From Azolla caroliniana (lineage: Eukaryota; Plantae; Polypodiophyta), in contig JBHGNT010000013.1 of NCBI GenBank assembly GCA_043228905.1, positions 8,370,001-8,434,000 on the forward strand: a stretch of DNA of 64,000 bases, read 5' to 3'. Under the pieces are notes generated by a model. The model was not told the origin of the DNA, did not search any database, and was given only the letters and a program-made list of their open reading frames with translations. Both the position numbers and the translations under genes were made by a program. Below are positions 13,310 through 25,889 of the stretch, in pieces (within the stretch, counting starts at the first letter, position 1; each line of letters starts with the position of its first letter).

Positions 13310-14382
13310 GTTGCACACTATGTGGAGATTATATTTTTGTCCCTCCGGATAGAGAATGGAGTGCTCGGTGAGAACCGGAAGAAAACGGTATACCGGCAAG
13401 GAAGAAAACGGCATACCGGCAAGGAAGAGCCGGATAAAGAGACATAAATGTAAAAAAAAAGGAGATACTCACTACTGCATAGGGCATGATTCGAACTCTG
13501 CACCTCCACGTTGACAAACCCCAACCTTACCATTACATTAACTTATCTTAAGTGTTTTAAATATAGATTTAATACGTATAAGACCTTTATTTATGCATAC
13601 CTTTATTAAAAGGTAAATCGTGTATTTTTTTAATATATGAAAAAGAAAAACACGAGACACTAAAAAATAACTCATGCACATCTAGCGTGCATGAGCCCTA
13701 TACTTAGGAAATAAAAAAGCATCACATGCACATTTAGTGGACATGAACACTTTTTGTAAAAAAAAAGCATGAAGCCATGCTTAGCTCTTCCTTCCTTATA
13801 TAAGGAGGAGAGAAATATATAAAGGGTTGTTGATTATTTGGATTAAGAATTAATCAATACAAAAATTATTCGTGGGATTCACGATTTATACGTCTACTTC
13901 TCTCTTAACACCCTAAGTACCAATTAATATAGTATACTCGTGTGATTCACGAGTTTCTTATCTTTCTCTTTGCTATTTACTCATAATTAATCTCTATCTC
14001 ACGAACTTCTTTCTCCTAGTCCAAGACCTCTGTGGTTCCCACCCGACTCACGCAACGATCCGGAGCCGAAAGGCACGACAACGGTTCATACCGAATCCGG
14101 CCGGACCCGTTCCGGGTTCATCCGATCCGGTTTCCGGATATCCTTCTGGTCTCTCCAATCCGTTTACCTTCTTCTCCGGCTTCTCTGATCCCCATCCGGA
14201 GGGACCAGTATCTCAACAAAGGGGATGTGAGTTACCCCTCCTAGAAACTTACGATGGAATGCCATTTACGAGCCATAGCGGCATCAAAACCATTCAACCC
14301 CCAACTCGTTTTCAAGAGACTTGGATGGAAATGAAACTAGTCCCAACACATAGGCATTTCCTTTATAGAACCTGCTATACCC

Positions 14383-17300
14383 TGTTAGGAATTGACGCTT
14401 TCAAAACCTTCACCTCTCGGCCACAACCGGGGAAACACGAATCAATGCAACAGTAAATCGAAAACACAGAGAGAGACTCGAATGCACAGGGTTTAGCGTG
14501 GAAAACCCTAGACGGGAAAAACCACGGGAGTGCAAGACTCCAACTATCACTATACGCAGGGAATGTACAATGGCGAGCTGCAAGGCGACGACCTTGAGCT
14601 CGCTGTCCTCGCCACAGGCGGCGGTATTACACAGAGGCGTCTACCTCTTCCTTTCTCTCTCTCTCACTCTCTCTCTCTCGGCTGCTCTCACTTCGCTCCC
14701 TCTAAGTGGAAAACAGAAAAATGAGCAACAACTACAAAACTGTTTGCCCTAAGTCATATTTATACACATATGACTTTTGGGCTATTTACAAGTATAGCCT
14801 CGAGGGCCCTTGGCAAACATATTCACAAATATGTCCCCGCATCCGGATCTCTCTCCGGGTACATTCGTCATTCGGCTCCGTAGCCGGGGTCTTCATCATC
14901 CGGATCCGAAACCGGGTCTTCATCATCCGGTTCCGATACCGGGTACTCCTCATTCGGGTCTTCATTCCCGATTCCCGGACATCTGACCATCCCATCCGGA
15001 GGGACCGTAATCCCAACAAACTCCCCCTTCACTTCGGCATGGGATGTCTTTCCAGTCCGACCCTCTTCCGGCACGCTTCCAGCCTGTCGGGTGTGAGCAC
15101 TTTGGTCAGCATATTTGACCCGTTTTCGTCCGTGTGGATCTTCGTCAGCACGAACTCCTGGTCTTCTATCCTTTCCCGGATCCAGTGATATCTTCGCTGG
15201 ATGTGCTTCGTCCGGGAGTGATAGGCCGCGTTCTTCGCAAGGTGGATGGCACTCTGACTGTCGCAGTAGAGTCGGTACTCCTCCTGCCGGATACCGAGCT
15301 CTCTAATGAAGTCCTTCATCCATATTATTTCCTTGCCGGCTTCAACAGCCGCCATGTACTCCGCCTCCGTGGTTGACAACGCAACCGTCTTCTGCAGCCT
15401 CGACTGCCACGAAACAGCTCCCCCTGCATACGTCATCACATACCCTGATGTGGACCGGCTGGTATCTGCATCAGCCGACATATCCGAATCGGTAAAGCCG
15501 TCGAGTTCGGGCTTACCGGAGCCGAATCGGAGGCACACGTTTGCCGTGCCCTTCAGGTATCGGAGTATCCACTTGGCCGCGTTCCAGTGCTCTTTGCCGG
15601 GATTGCTCATGTACCGGCTAACCACTCCGACTGCATATCCTATGTCCGGTCTTGTACACACCATTGCGTACATCAAGCTTCCGACGGCAGAGGCATATGG
15701 TACTTTCATCATGTCCTCCTTCTCAGCGTTTGTCTTGGGGCTTTGCTTGCTGGACAACTTGCAGTTTGCCGGGAGGGTTGACCCGACCGGTCTTGCTTCC
15801 GACATGTTGAACCGGTGAAGCACCTTTGTCACGTACTTCTCCTTTGACAGCCACAACTGCTTCTTCTTCCGGTCCCGGATGATGTGCATCCCTAGTATTT
15901 GCCTCGCCGGACCCAGGTCCTTCATTGAGAAGGTTCGGTGAAGCGCTTTCTTCAGCATCCGTATCTTGACTTGGTCCCGTCCGACGATCAACATGTCGTC
16001 CACGTACAGGAGGAGTATTAGAAAGTCTCCTCCTTCGAACTTCTTCACAAACACGCAGTGATCGGACTGCGTTTTGTGGTACCCTTCGTCGGTCATGAAA
16101 GAGTCGAACTTCCGGTACCATTGCCGGGGAGCCTGCTTCAGTCCGTAAAGGCTCTTCTTCAACCGGCATACCAGGTGCTCCTTCCCTTTCTTCTCGAATC
16201 CTTCCGGTTGCTGCATGTAGATCTCTTCTTCGAGGTCACCGTGAAGGAATGCCGTCTTCACGTCCATCTGTTCTACCTCGAGGTCCATGCTTGCCGCTAT
16301 GCTCAGCACCGTCCGGATGGAGGTCATCTTCACTACCGGGGCAAATATCTCGTCGAAGTCGACGCCCTTCTTCTGCTGGAACCCCTTCACCACGATCCTG
16401 GCTTTGTATCTCGGGGGGTTTCCGGCATCTCCCGGTTTCAGCTTGAACACCCACTTGTTTCGAAGTGCCCGCTTTCCTTTCGGCAACTCCACAAGTTCAT
16501 ATGTGTGGTTCTCATGCAGGGAATCCATCTCCTCCTGCATGGCACTTAACCACCTGCGGCTATGGGTGTCAAGCTTTGCTTCTTCAAAACTCTCCGGCTC
16601 CCCCTCGTCGGTTAGCAGCACGTGCTCTGGTTCCGGAAATCTCCGGGGGGCCCTTCTCTCTCTTAGAGGATATCTCCGTTCCGGAGCTTCGGTAACCGGC
16701 TCCTCCGTTTCCTCTTCATCCGAATCCATTTCGGGATCGGGGCCGGTTCCGGTATCAGTTTCATCTTCCTCGGCCGGTTCTGTTTCTTCACCGTCTTCGG
16801 CCGGATCCTCGAGTGCTAACCGGTCCCTTGCCGGTCGGGACTGCTCCTCGTAGAGTTGATCCTCACCGGTCGACTTGGAGCTCTTCATCTTCTTCTCCGA
16901 CTCCCAGTCGGCTAGTGTCTTGTCCTCCATGAAGATGATATCACGACTCCGGAATATCTTCTTGTCGACCGGGTCCCATACTCGGTAGCCGAACTCGTCA
17001 TCGCCGTAACCGAGGAATATGCATGGCCGGGTCTTTGGATCTAGCTTTCCTCTCCGGTCCTTTGCCACATGCACATATGCGAGACACCCGAACACCTTCA
17101 GATGCCGGTAGGATACTTCCCTACCGGTCCACATTCTCTACGGCGTGTCTCCGTCCAAAGGTACTGAGGGTGATCTGTTTATCACGTATGTCGCCGTCGA
17201 CATTGCCTCAGCCCAAAACCCCTTGGGTAATTTCGCATGCGCCAGCATACTCCGGACCCTCTCCATTATGGTCCGGTTCATCCTCTTGGCCAGCCCGTTC

Positions 17301-19768
17301 AGTTCCGGCGTCTTCGGCACAGTAAACTCGAGCCGGATTCCCTTCGAGCGACAGTACTCCTCGAACTGCCCCCGGTTATCCCCTCCGTTATCCGCTCGTA
17401 TCGCTTTCAGCTTCTTGCCCGATTCCCTTTCCACTCTCGCGTGGAGTTCTTTGAAGATGCACAACACTTGGTTCTTTGTCTTCAACGGTGCCGTCCACAG
17501 CTTCCGGCTGTGGTCATCAATGAATGTCACGAAGTACTGGGCTCCGCCATGTGACTTCGTTTCTACTTGACACACGTCAGTGTGCACCAACTCCAATGGT
17601 GCGCTACGTCTCGTCGGTGGCCTTGAGTGGAAGGAGGTTCGGTTCTGCTTTCCGGCCAGGCAATCGGTGCACTTCTCCAGGTGCACATGCTTCACTGGAA
17701 TAAGGTTGTCTTCTGCAAGCCTCTTCATCCCCTTCTCACTCATGTGGCACAGTCTCTTGTGCCACAGCTCACCGGTAGTGTCGGCTGCCACGTTCAACTC
17801 CTCCGGACACAACCAGGCATTCATAAGGTACAATGTGTTGACTTTCCGGGCCCGAGCCACTATCAGGCTCCCCTTGCTGAACTTCATTACGCAGTTCCGG
17901 ATGCTACCTGTGTAGCCTTCATCGTCTAGCCTCCCGGCCGAAATCAGGTTCAATCGTACCTCCGGAACGTGTCGGACATCCTTCAGCAACATTTTGCATC
18001 CGGTCGAGGTTGTCAACCACACATCTCCTATGCCGGCAATCCGGCATGTACCTTCATTTCTCATCCGAACACAGCCATGCTCACCGGCTGTGTAGGATGA
18101 GAAGTATCTTCTTTCCGGGGTCAGGTGGAACGACGCTCCGGAATCGACCACCCAGGTAGTCTCATCGCCGGCAATGTTTAGTTCACCTTCTTCGGTGATG
18201 AGCATGATCTCCTCTTCAATTGCCGCGAGTGCCGTCGTTCCTTTCCGGTCCTGCCCTCGCCGATCCGAACCATTCCGGTCCGTGGCTCCCCGGTAAGCAT
18301 CGTTCCGTTCCGAAGACTTCATCGAATCGGTGTCGTCGGCTCCGTTGTCTTTTCGGTAATGCCGACAATTCTTTCGGAAGTGCCCCGGCTTCCCACAGTG
18401 GAAGCATGTGGGCCTTCCTCTTGACTGCGAACGGGTCCCCGACTTCTCCCGTCTTTGCGGACTCCGGTTCCGTTGTCTTCCCCGATCCGATTCGGTAAGC
18501 AGCATCTTCGGATTGGAGGCCGGTTCTTTATCTCTCCGACGCGCTTCTTCGTTCAAAATGCTTGTCTTTACCGTTTGTAGGGACAAGTTATCTTCGGTGC
18601 AGGAGGTGCTGAGAGTCACCACCAAGTTCTCCCAGCTTTCCGGCAATGTACACATCAGCATGATGGCTTGCATTGCATCCTCCAACGGGAACTTGATCGC
18701 CGCAAGCTGGTTCACGAATCCCATGAATGTGCTTACGTGTTCCACCATACTCTCGTCGTCCCGGTATTTGAGGTTCACTATCTTCCTCATCAGGGAGGTC
18801 CGGTTCAACGCATTCTTCCTCTCGTAGAGGCCCACAGCTTCTGCCACATCTCATATGCGTTGATGTCGTTCGCCACATGTTGTAGAATGCTCACGTCGAC
18901 GTATTGCCGAATGGTTGCAACGGCTTTCCGGTTCAGAAGCCTCCATTCCGTCTCAAGTACCCCCTTGGGTATTTCCGACCTGTCGATCGGTTCATACAGG
19001 TCCCGAACAATGAGCAGATCCTCCATCTTTATCTTCCAGTCGGCGTAGTTCTGCGCATTCAGCACCATCATCCCCGGCTGCCCGCTGCTGCCGCCTTCCA
19101 TTTTCTGCACTGCAGTCGCTCTGATACCAGATTGTTAGGAATTGACGCTTTCAAAACCTTCACCTCTCGGCCACAACCGGGGAAACACGAATCAATGCAG
19201 CAGTAAATCGAAAACACAGAGAGAGACTCGAATGCACAGGGTTTAGCGTGGAAAACCCTAGACGGGAAAAACCACGGGAGTGCAAGACTCCAACTATCAC
19301 TATACGCAGGGAATGTACAATGGCGAGCTGCAAGGCGACGACCTTGAGCTCGCTGTCCTCGCCACAGGCGGCGGTATTACACAGAGGCGTCGACCTCTTC
19401 CTTTCTCTCTCTCTCACTCTCTCTCTCTCGGCTGCTCTCACTTCGCTCCCTCTAAGTGGAAAACAGAAAAATGAGCAACAACTACAAAACTGTTTGCCCT
19501 AAGTCATATTTATACACATATGACTTTTGGGCTATTTACAAGTATAGCCTCGAGGGCCCTTGGCAAACATATTCACAAATATGTCCCCGCATCCGGATCT
19601 CTCTCCGGGTACATTCGTCATCCGGCTCCGTAGCCGGGGTCTTCATCATCCGGATCCGAAACCGGGTCTTCATCATCCGGTTCCGATACCGGGTACTCCT
19701 CATTCGGGTCTTCATTCCCGATTCCCGGACATCTGACCATCCCATCCGGAGGGACCGTAATCCCAACA
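14383..19768 (-). mobile_element. Near-intact Tnt1/Tork-like Copia element C, LTRs 14383-15018 and 19133-19768, TSD TACCC
   Basis: 636-bp LTRs with about 3 differences and TG..CA ends. TACCC at 14378-14382 and 19769-19773. PBS TGGTATCAGAGC at 19118-19129; PPT GAAGGGGGAG at ~15021-15030. Confidence 0.97.
15029..19110 (-). pseudogene. Copia C gag-pol polyprotein with one frameshift (~18835) and one stop (17138-17140)
   Basis: Gag knuckle CFHCGKPGHFRKNC, protease WVVDSGAS, integrase IRADNGG, RT LYVDDML and RNase H TEAEY. ORFs 17138-18847 and 15029-17134 share a frame. Confidence 0.93.
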
Positions 19769-19813
19769 TACCCTATAACGTCATGCCCAAACTCTTTAAA
19801 TTTGTTTATTTAT

Positions 19814-20460
19814 ATTTTCGATGATTGTGAACACATACCCATTATTGTAATCGATCGTCTAATGGGCCAAATTTGTTCTTAGAAGAAATTAATATATATT
19901 TCATTCATTTTTCTTTGTTTATAGACCTTAATGACCAATAACATTGTGTGTCACTCATTTCTCAACTTCATCTTCATAGAAGATTTTAAAATTTAAAATC
20001 TTCGTCTTCGTCTTCATCTGTCATCTGTCATCTATCATCTTTAAATTTCAGATTAATATTTTCGATGATTGTGAACACATACCCATTATTGTAATCGATC
20101 GTCTCATGGGCCAAATTTGGTCTTAGAAGAAATTAATATGTATTTCATTCATTTTTCTTTGTTTATAGACCTTAATGACGAATAACTTTGTGTGTCACTC
20201 ATTTCTCATCTACATCTTCATAGAAATTTTTAAAAATTAAAATCTTCATCTTCGCCTTCATCTGTCATCTGTCATCTGTCATCTTCATCTTCATCTTTAA
20301 ATTTCTGATTAAGATTTTCGATGATTGTGAACACATAGCCATTGTTGTAATCCATTGTCTCATGGGCCAAATTGGGTCTTAGAAGACATTAATATATATT
20401 TCGTTCAGTTTTCTTTGCTTATAGACATTAATGACCAATATCTTGTGTGTTATCTCATCT
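19814..20460. repeat. AT-rich tandem repeat, ~250-bp unit, about 2.6 copies
   Basis: ATTTTCGATGATTGTGAACACATA recurs at 19814, 20058 and 20314 with collinear downstream sequence. Confidence 0.9.
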
Positions 20461-21245
20461 TGATCCCTACATTATTAAATGAGGATGTTGTTAATTGTAT
20501 AAACAAGATTGTAGCATTAATTGCATAATACAAACATATACACTTGCTTCCAATGGTTGTCCATTCGATGGAGATATGAATCACAAGTGCATTGAACCTC
20601 TTTTTGAACATCTATGGAAATTGATGATGTCTCATTTTGAGGTTAACCAAGTGCCATGCTCATAAATCACATGTGGAGCATTTGGGGCCATGGTAGAAGT
20701 CAATTAATTATGACATCTACGACGTCTCAAGTAATGTGTCTAGGAAAGAGATTTGTTGGAAGAGAAATGGAATGAGATAGTTTAAAGCGAGAGGAGCGAA
20801 ATAGCCATAGATACTATCTCGAAAGAAAGAACTACAAACTATCATGCCAAATCGCCAGTGGATGTGATCGATTGAGAGATATGGGTCTGTTGATGAGAGA
20901 GTCATTGATAATTAGTTCCATCTATTTTATGATTCTATGACATTACACGTGATATAAATCCGTTTTGTGAGTAAACGGTAAGAGTGATGTTGATTGAGCA
21001 TCACTTTTGAGGATAATGTTGGGAACCACATGAATTGCATAATTAGTGCTCGGTAATTACGTATGGAAGGATGGCCATCGTCATCATTTTCTTGTCGTGA
21101 GATAATTAACGCATCTACAAAAAGAAAGAAAGAAAGTAATGAGTGTGCTTGACCATTTCCTTTCCTTCAACTTCTCACGATATATCATCTCTCTCTCTCT
21201 CTCTATCGACTATATACATACCATCGTGGGTGTGTGTGTGTGTGT

Positions 21246-21431
21246 AAAACATATATATTTTCGTCTATATTGTCATTCCAATCAATATGTACAGATAGAT
21301 ACAGATTATGTACATACATACATAGTAGTGTGTAGAATATGTGTATAAAACATATATATTCTCTTCTTTATTGTCATTCCAATCAATATGTACAGATAGA
21401 TAGAGATTACATCCATAGTAGTGTGTAGAAC
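21246..21431. repeat. ~100-bp tandem duplication in the PME upstream region
   Basis: TATTGTCATTCCAATCAATATGTACAGATAGATA..CATAGTAGTGTGTAGAA occurs twice. Confidence 0.85.
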
Positions 21432-21454
21432 GTGGCAACAACCATCACCTCCAC

Positions 21455-21673
21455 ACCACACACACACACACACACTCTCTCTCTCTCTCTCTGAGTCTGC
21501 CCACCTGCTACTTAAACAGGCCCCCGTCCTTGCTGCCTTTCTCATCATCATCATACATCAAAGTATTCGCTGCATCATAGATAGATAGATAGATAGATAG
21601 GTAGATAGATAGATAGAAGCCATTGATATATTTACATAGGGAGTGGGAGAGGGAGAGGGAGAGGGAGAGGGAG
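21455..21673. repeat. Microsatellite cluster (CA)n, (CT)n, (GATA)n, (GGGAGA)n in the PME promoter/5' UTR
   Basis: Simple repeats are directly visible. Confidence 0.9.
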
Positions 21674-21675
21674 GC

Positions 21676-22278
21676 ATGGCGTTATCCATGAGCTCAGTGC
21701 TGGCATCATGGTTGTTATGTATCATCCTTGTGGTTGTGGTTGTGGTTGTGGCTGTTGATGGCAACAGGGTGGTACCTCAGAGCTTCGATGGGTGGGTCGA
21801 GGAGGAGGTGAGAGGTTACCAGCCGGACAACCACGACACAAACTTTAGGCAGATCCTGAAAGATAGCCAAAAGAAGGCCTATCACCTGTTCCCCAGGCGT
21901 TCATTGGCCACTGCAGCCGCCAACAGCACTACCAGCCCCACAGTCATCGTGGTAGCCAAGGATGGTTCCGGCAATTTCCGGAAGGTGCAGTCGGCTATCA
22001 ACAGCGTGCCCACTCTAAACACCAAACGTGTGATTATCTACGTCAAGAACGGCATCTACAACGAGAAGATCGTTATCCCCTCCGGCAAGAACTTCATCAC
22101 ACTCAGAGGCCAGAGTGCGGCCGGCACTTACCTCCAATGGAGCGACACCGCTTATGCTCTCGACAAGAATGGACAGCCCCTCGGCACGTATGCCAGTGCC
22201 TCGGTCGCCATTGAAGCCAACGACTTCATCGCCACCAGCATTTCCTTCAAGGTACCCAAAAAAAGAAAAACAATCCAC

Positions 22279-22327
<49 letters not shown>

Positions 22328-23080
22328 CATCCACACCTTTTATCCATTCTCGCTTTTAACTATATAACTTACTTACATCCTCCTCTCCACATACTATACT
22401 ATACTATGCTAGAACACTGCTCGCCACCCGGCCCCAGGTGCAGTGAACAAGCAGGCAGTCGCTCTCCGAGTACAAGGTGACAGGGTAGCTTTCTACAACT
22501 GCAGCTTCTACGGCGCTCAGGGCACTCTTTACGATAAAGAAGGTCGCCATTACTACAACAATTGCTACATCGAGGGCTCCATCGATGTCATCTTTGGAGA
22601 TGCCCGCTCTCTCTTTTTTGTATGTAGCTATAACTGTTGTAAACTCATCAATATCAATGAATTAATCAAATGAGGCTTATAATTTTCCCCGTGTTGTTTG
22701 TTTCCTTCCTTCTCTGTCCAGGGATGCCAGATTCACTCCATCGCCACTACCTATGGTTCCATCTCGGCACAAAAACGTTTGTCGGCAGCTTCCAACACCG
22801 GCTACTCCTTCGTGTCGTGCACTGTGACTGGCACTGGCTCCATCTACCTTGGAAGAGCCTGGGGTGCCTACTCCCGCATTGTCTTCGCCTACACCAAGCT
22901 TGCCAACATCATCCGGCCCGAGGGCTGGGACGACTTCGGTGTCCCCGCAAGTCAAAAGTGAGTTTGCCTCCTCTCCCCCCCCTGCCATTATTCCACTCTT
23001 CTTCTTCCGGCATATATGTACATATATGTTTCCACCATTATTCGAGTCTTCTTCTTCCTCCATATACATATACTGTACTG

Positions 23081-23114
<34 letters not shown>

Positions 23115-23335
23115 TCTTTCTGTCGAAAGTTGGAACACCTTATAGCCTTTAACTCCACCACCATGCAAATTATGAACTTTAATGCAGGACTGTGTTCTAT
23201 GGCGAGTACAAATGCACCGGCCTTGGATCCAACCGCAGCGGTCGTGTCTCATGGTCTCGCAGCCTCACGGATCTGCAAGCCAAGCCATTCCTCAGTATCA
23301 CCTTCATCGATGGTCAGCAATGGCTCCCCAAGTGA
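21676..23335 (+). CDS. Pectin methylesterase (pectinesterase) family protein without PMEI pro-domain, ~388 aa; exons 21676-22251, 22413-22619, 22722-22957, 23188-23335
   Basis: Hydrophobic N-terminal signal/anchor followed by PME motifs [32 protein letters not shown](G)TL, IDVIFG, YLGRAW and VFYGEYKC. Three GT-AG introns give a continuous 1167-nt frame ending in TGA. Confidence 0.92.
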
Positions 23336-24699
23336 TCCCATCATCCGACCCACCAACACATGCATGGATCAACCCATGCTAATTTATACCCACTGATTGA
23401 CCGACCAACCTTGACGCTCTCACTTAATCGGTAATCCTATCATAATATTACCTATCATAAAATAAGACACCCGATGAGAAGTGCCATTCATTCATGTCTC
23501 CCATTGTCCATTCGAGTACATTGGGACTCCTTTTAACTATGGAATTTTCTTGTAACTCCCACACCACCCACATGTCTACACGGACACACGAAACACATCC
23601 CAATCCGTGTAGTGTGTGTCGTGCATTTCTACTTCTAATTGTTTAAGCAAAAATTTTAAGCTATTTTCTTTGTTCATCTCTATAGATGCTCATTGCCAGA
23701 TTGCATTGGATACATATTGTGTGTTCGTTAGAGATTATCCAATATGATTGCGATAAGATGAGACATTCAGATAAGACATGCAAATTTCAATTGATGAGTG
23801 GCATTTGCATTATGGAGTAATAATAATACACATCGTCTAGCAATGGCATAAACATTGCGCTACCTCACCAAAGTATACAATGTACGTGATTACTAAGTGA
23901 TTTCTCTATCTATAGTAGAATTTGGTGCATAAATAACTTCTGGCATTTTAGGGCCAAAATCTAGTAATTGTGCATTGCATAAGATGTGGACCATGTTGAC
24001 GAATACATGTTTTTGTGGTTCAAAACCATGCCAATTAAGCTGGATGCATTTACATAATTATTTTTACAAATCTATTTTGCTCAAACTTTAGCAAATCAAC
24101 TTATAAACCATCAAGTGGATCTTTGTCTTCAAGCAAAATCCGGTCAACTTATAAACCATCAAGTGGATCTTTGTCATCAAGCTAAACCGATTTGACATTA
24201 TTTCTTCATTGGAGAAAGTTTAACCAAAAGATCTTTTGACCATGATTGGGTGTTTGCCCATCTTTCCCTGCTTTGTTTGCATGTATAATAAATATGTATA
24301 CTTCTAGTCCCAAAATGTGATCCCAATAGTGTCATCCTATCTTATAGGTGCTTTCTAGCATTCTATTACATGGCTCTAATACCTGACAAAATTTACCAGA
24401 TCTAAGAGATCTATTACAACAAGCCATTCAATGACAAGGATTATCTTCCACTTAAACAATATAGAAAACACAATTGCCTATTTTTAGCCAATGTATCTTT
24501 AGTGCGAATCCCAAGGATGGACCGCATATCAGTACTTTCGAAATGAAGATCATTGCAAGTGGCAATTTAAAATGTCATTTACATTTCCAGATCTACTACT
24601 ATCCATAATCAATGGTATCAACCATCCATTCTTATTTAACCTGAGATGATTGTCATCAAAAGACTCAATAGGGGAATGGTAGAAGAGAGCGACAGTCTC

Positions 24700-25870
24700 T
24701 CTCTCTCCCTCTCTCTCTTTGCCTTCTCTTCAAGAAACCATAAACAAGCAAAGTGAAGAGATTGGGATACTAATGAAAGATAACGCTAAGCTCCAAATAG
24801 TTACCCTTGACAATGAAGGCCTTAAGAAAATTGTTGCAAAACTTGAAGAAGAGATTCAAGAATGGAAAAGAGTTTCTTTCGAAACAAATGAGCGCCTCGA
24901 CAAGATTGAGTTAAAGGAAGCACTAAAGGAAGAAACAATGGATACGATGTGGCGGGATGTAAGTGACATGAAAAAATGTATGCACGACGAAATCATGGGC
25001 CAATGTATGTGGTATCAAACTCATCTTTTATGCATGTGATGAATATAGAAAGCATAGATGCTCGAGAATTGAAAGAACACGAACGAAGATCAAAGAACAT
25101 TGTCAACCGTGGGATTAAAGAGGAGCATCCCTCGTAAAGGCCATTGGTGAAATTTTTAGCATGCATTATGGTATGTTGGATGTGACTGTATATGTGGCAC
25201 ACCGAGTTGGGAAACATGGTGTTACTCGCTCTAGAGAAAGGCCTATTGTATGCACAATGACGGATAATGCAAAGCCGCGGATCATACTCGAAAATAGTTG
25301 GGTATACCTCAAATGTACACAATACTTTGTGAGTGAAGATCATACTATCTCACAACAAAATGCCCATCATAAAGCATATGAAGAATGATTGAAAAATAAG
25401 GTTAAGGGTTTGCCTAAAGATGGAAATGTAGGCAAATAGGGACACGTGACATAGGAGACTAACCCACGTCTTTTACGACCATGCTTTTGGAATTGCAATG
25501 GATACCCATGGAATGCAGGATTTGTCATAGAGGAGTTCACGGATGACTCGGATATCACTCTTCTTGTTGAAACATGGGAGCATGACACTCAAAGGATTCA
25601 AGGTTTACGTAACTATAATGTACACTCTTTGATATGGAAAAAAAATTCCAAAAGAAAGAAGAGGACAAGGAGGGGTGGCATGTTTGATTAAAAAAGAAAT
25701 AGAGAAATATGTGTCAATCGTAAAAAATGATGAGCATAATTGCTACATATAGCTCAAAATAGAAACACCTAATGATTTCCCCACTTTTGTAGCTGGATGT
25801 TACATTCCTCATCAAGATTCTAACTTTTATGCTTGTTTGGATAAAGATGAACCTTTTGTTGATGGAATAA
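24700..25870 (+). mobile_element. Degenerate LINE (non-LTR retrotransposon) 5' fragment: ORF1 plus start of the AP-endonuclease of ORF2
   Basis: Coiled-coil ORF1 followed by ERRSKNIVNRGIKE, HRVGK..RPIV and FVSEDHT motifs, then endonuclease-like FWNCNG..LLVETW..GCYIP. Truncated at an LTR. Confidence 0.65.
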
Positions 25871-25889
25871 AGATGAACCTTTCAGTCGG

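Larger units (their letters stand above)
7109..14080 (+). mobile_element. Young full-length Gypsy element 1 (non-chromovirus, tRNA-Trp primed), LTRs 7109-7891 and 13297-14080, 4-bp TSD ACGG
   Basis: LTRs of 783/784 bp have TGTCGT..ACGACA termini and about 2 differences. PBS TGGTGAACCCGACGTGAA at 7896-7913, PPT GGAGGGGGCGAG at 13285-13296. ACGG at 7105-7108 and 14081-14084. Domain order is gag-PR / RT-RH-INT. Confidence 0.95.
2769..14218 (-). mobile_element. Degenerate Tnt1/Tork-like Copia element B (gag-PR-INT-RT-RH 2769-6690; 5' LTR 6706-7108 + 14085-14218 split by Gypsy 1)
   Basis: Fragmented ORFs contain RT (LYVDDML, 3132-4019), integrase (4584-5233), CCHC gag and RNase H (KNAAYHSQTKHIQR). 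A degenerate iMet PBS lies at 6691-6702. The LTR continues after the Gypsy insertion and ends ..CTCAACA at 14218. Confidence 0.85.

Noticed and set aside
15115-19048. Numerous plus-strand ORFs antisense to Copia pol (and similar ones opposite other pol genes)
   Set aside because: These are shadow ORFs expected from GC-rich codon usage, with no recognisable motifs.
21643-22359. 238-aa single-exon ORF starting at GTG
   Set aside because: It is exon 1 of the PME gene read through into intron 1 (CT repeat); the ATG at 21676 and GT donor at 22252 fit better.
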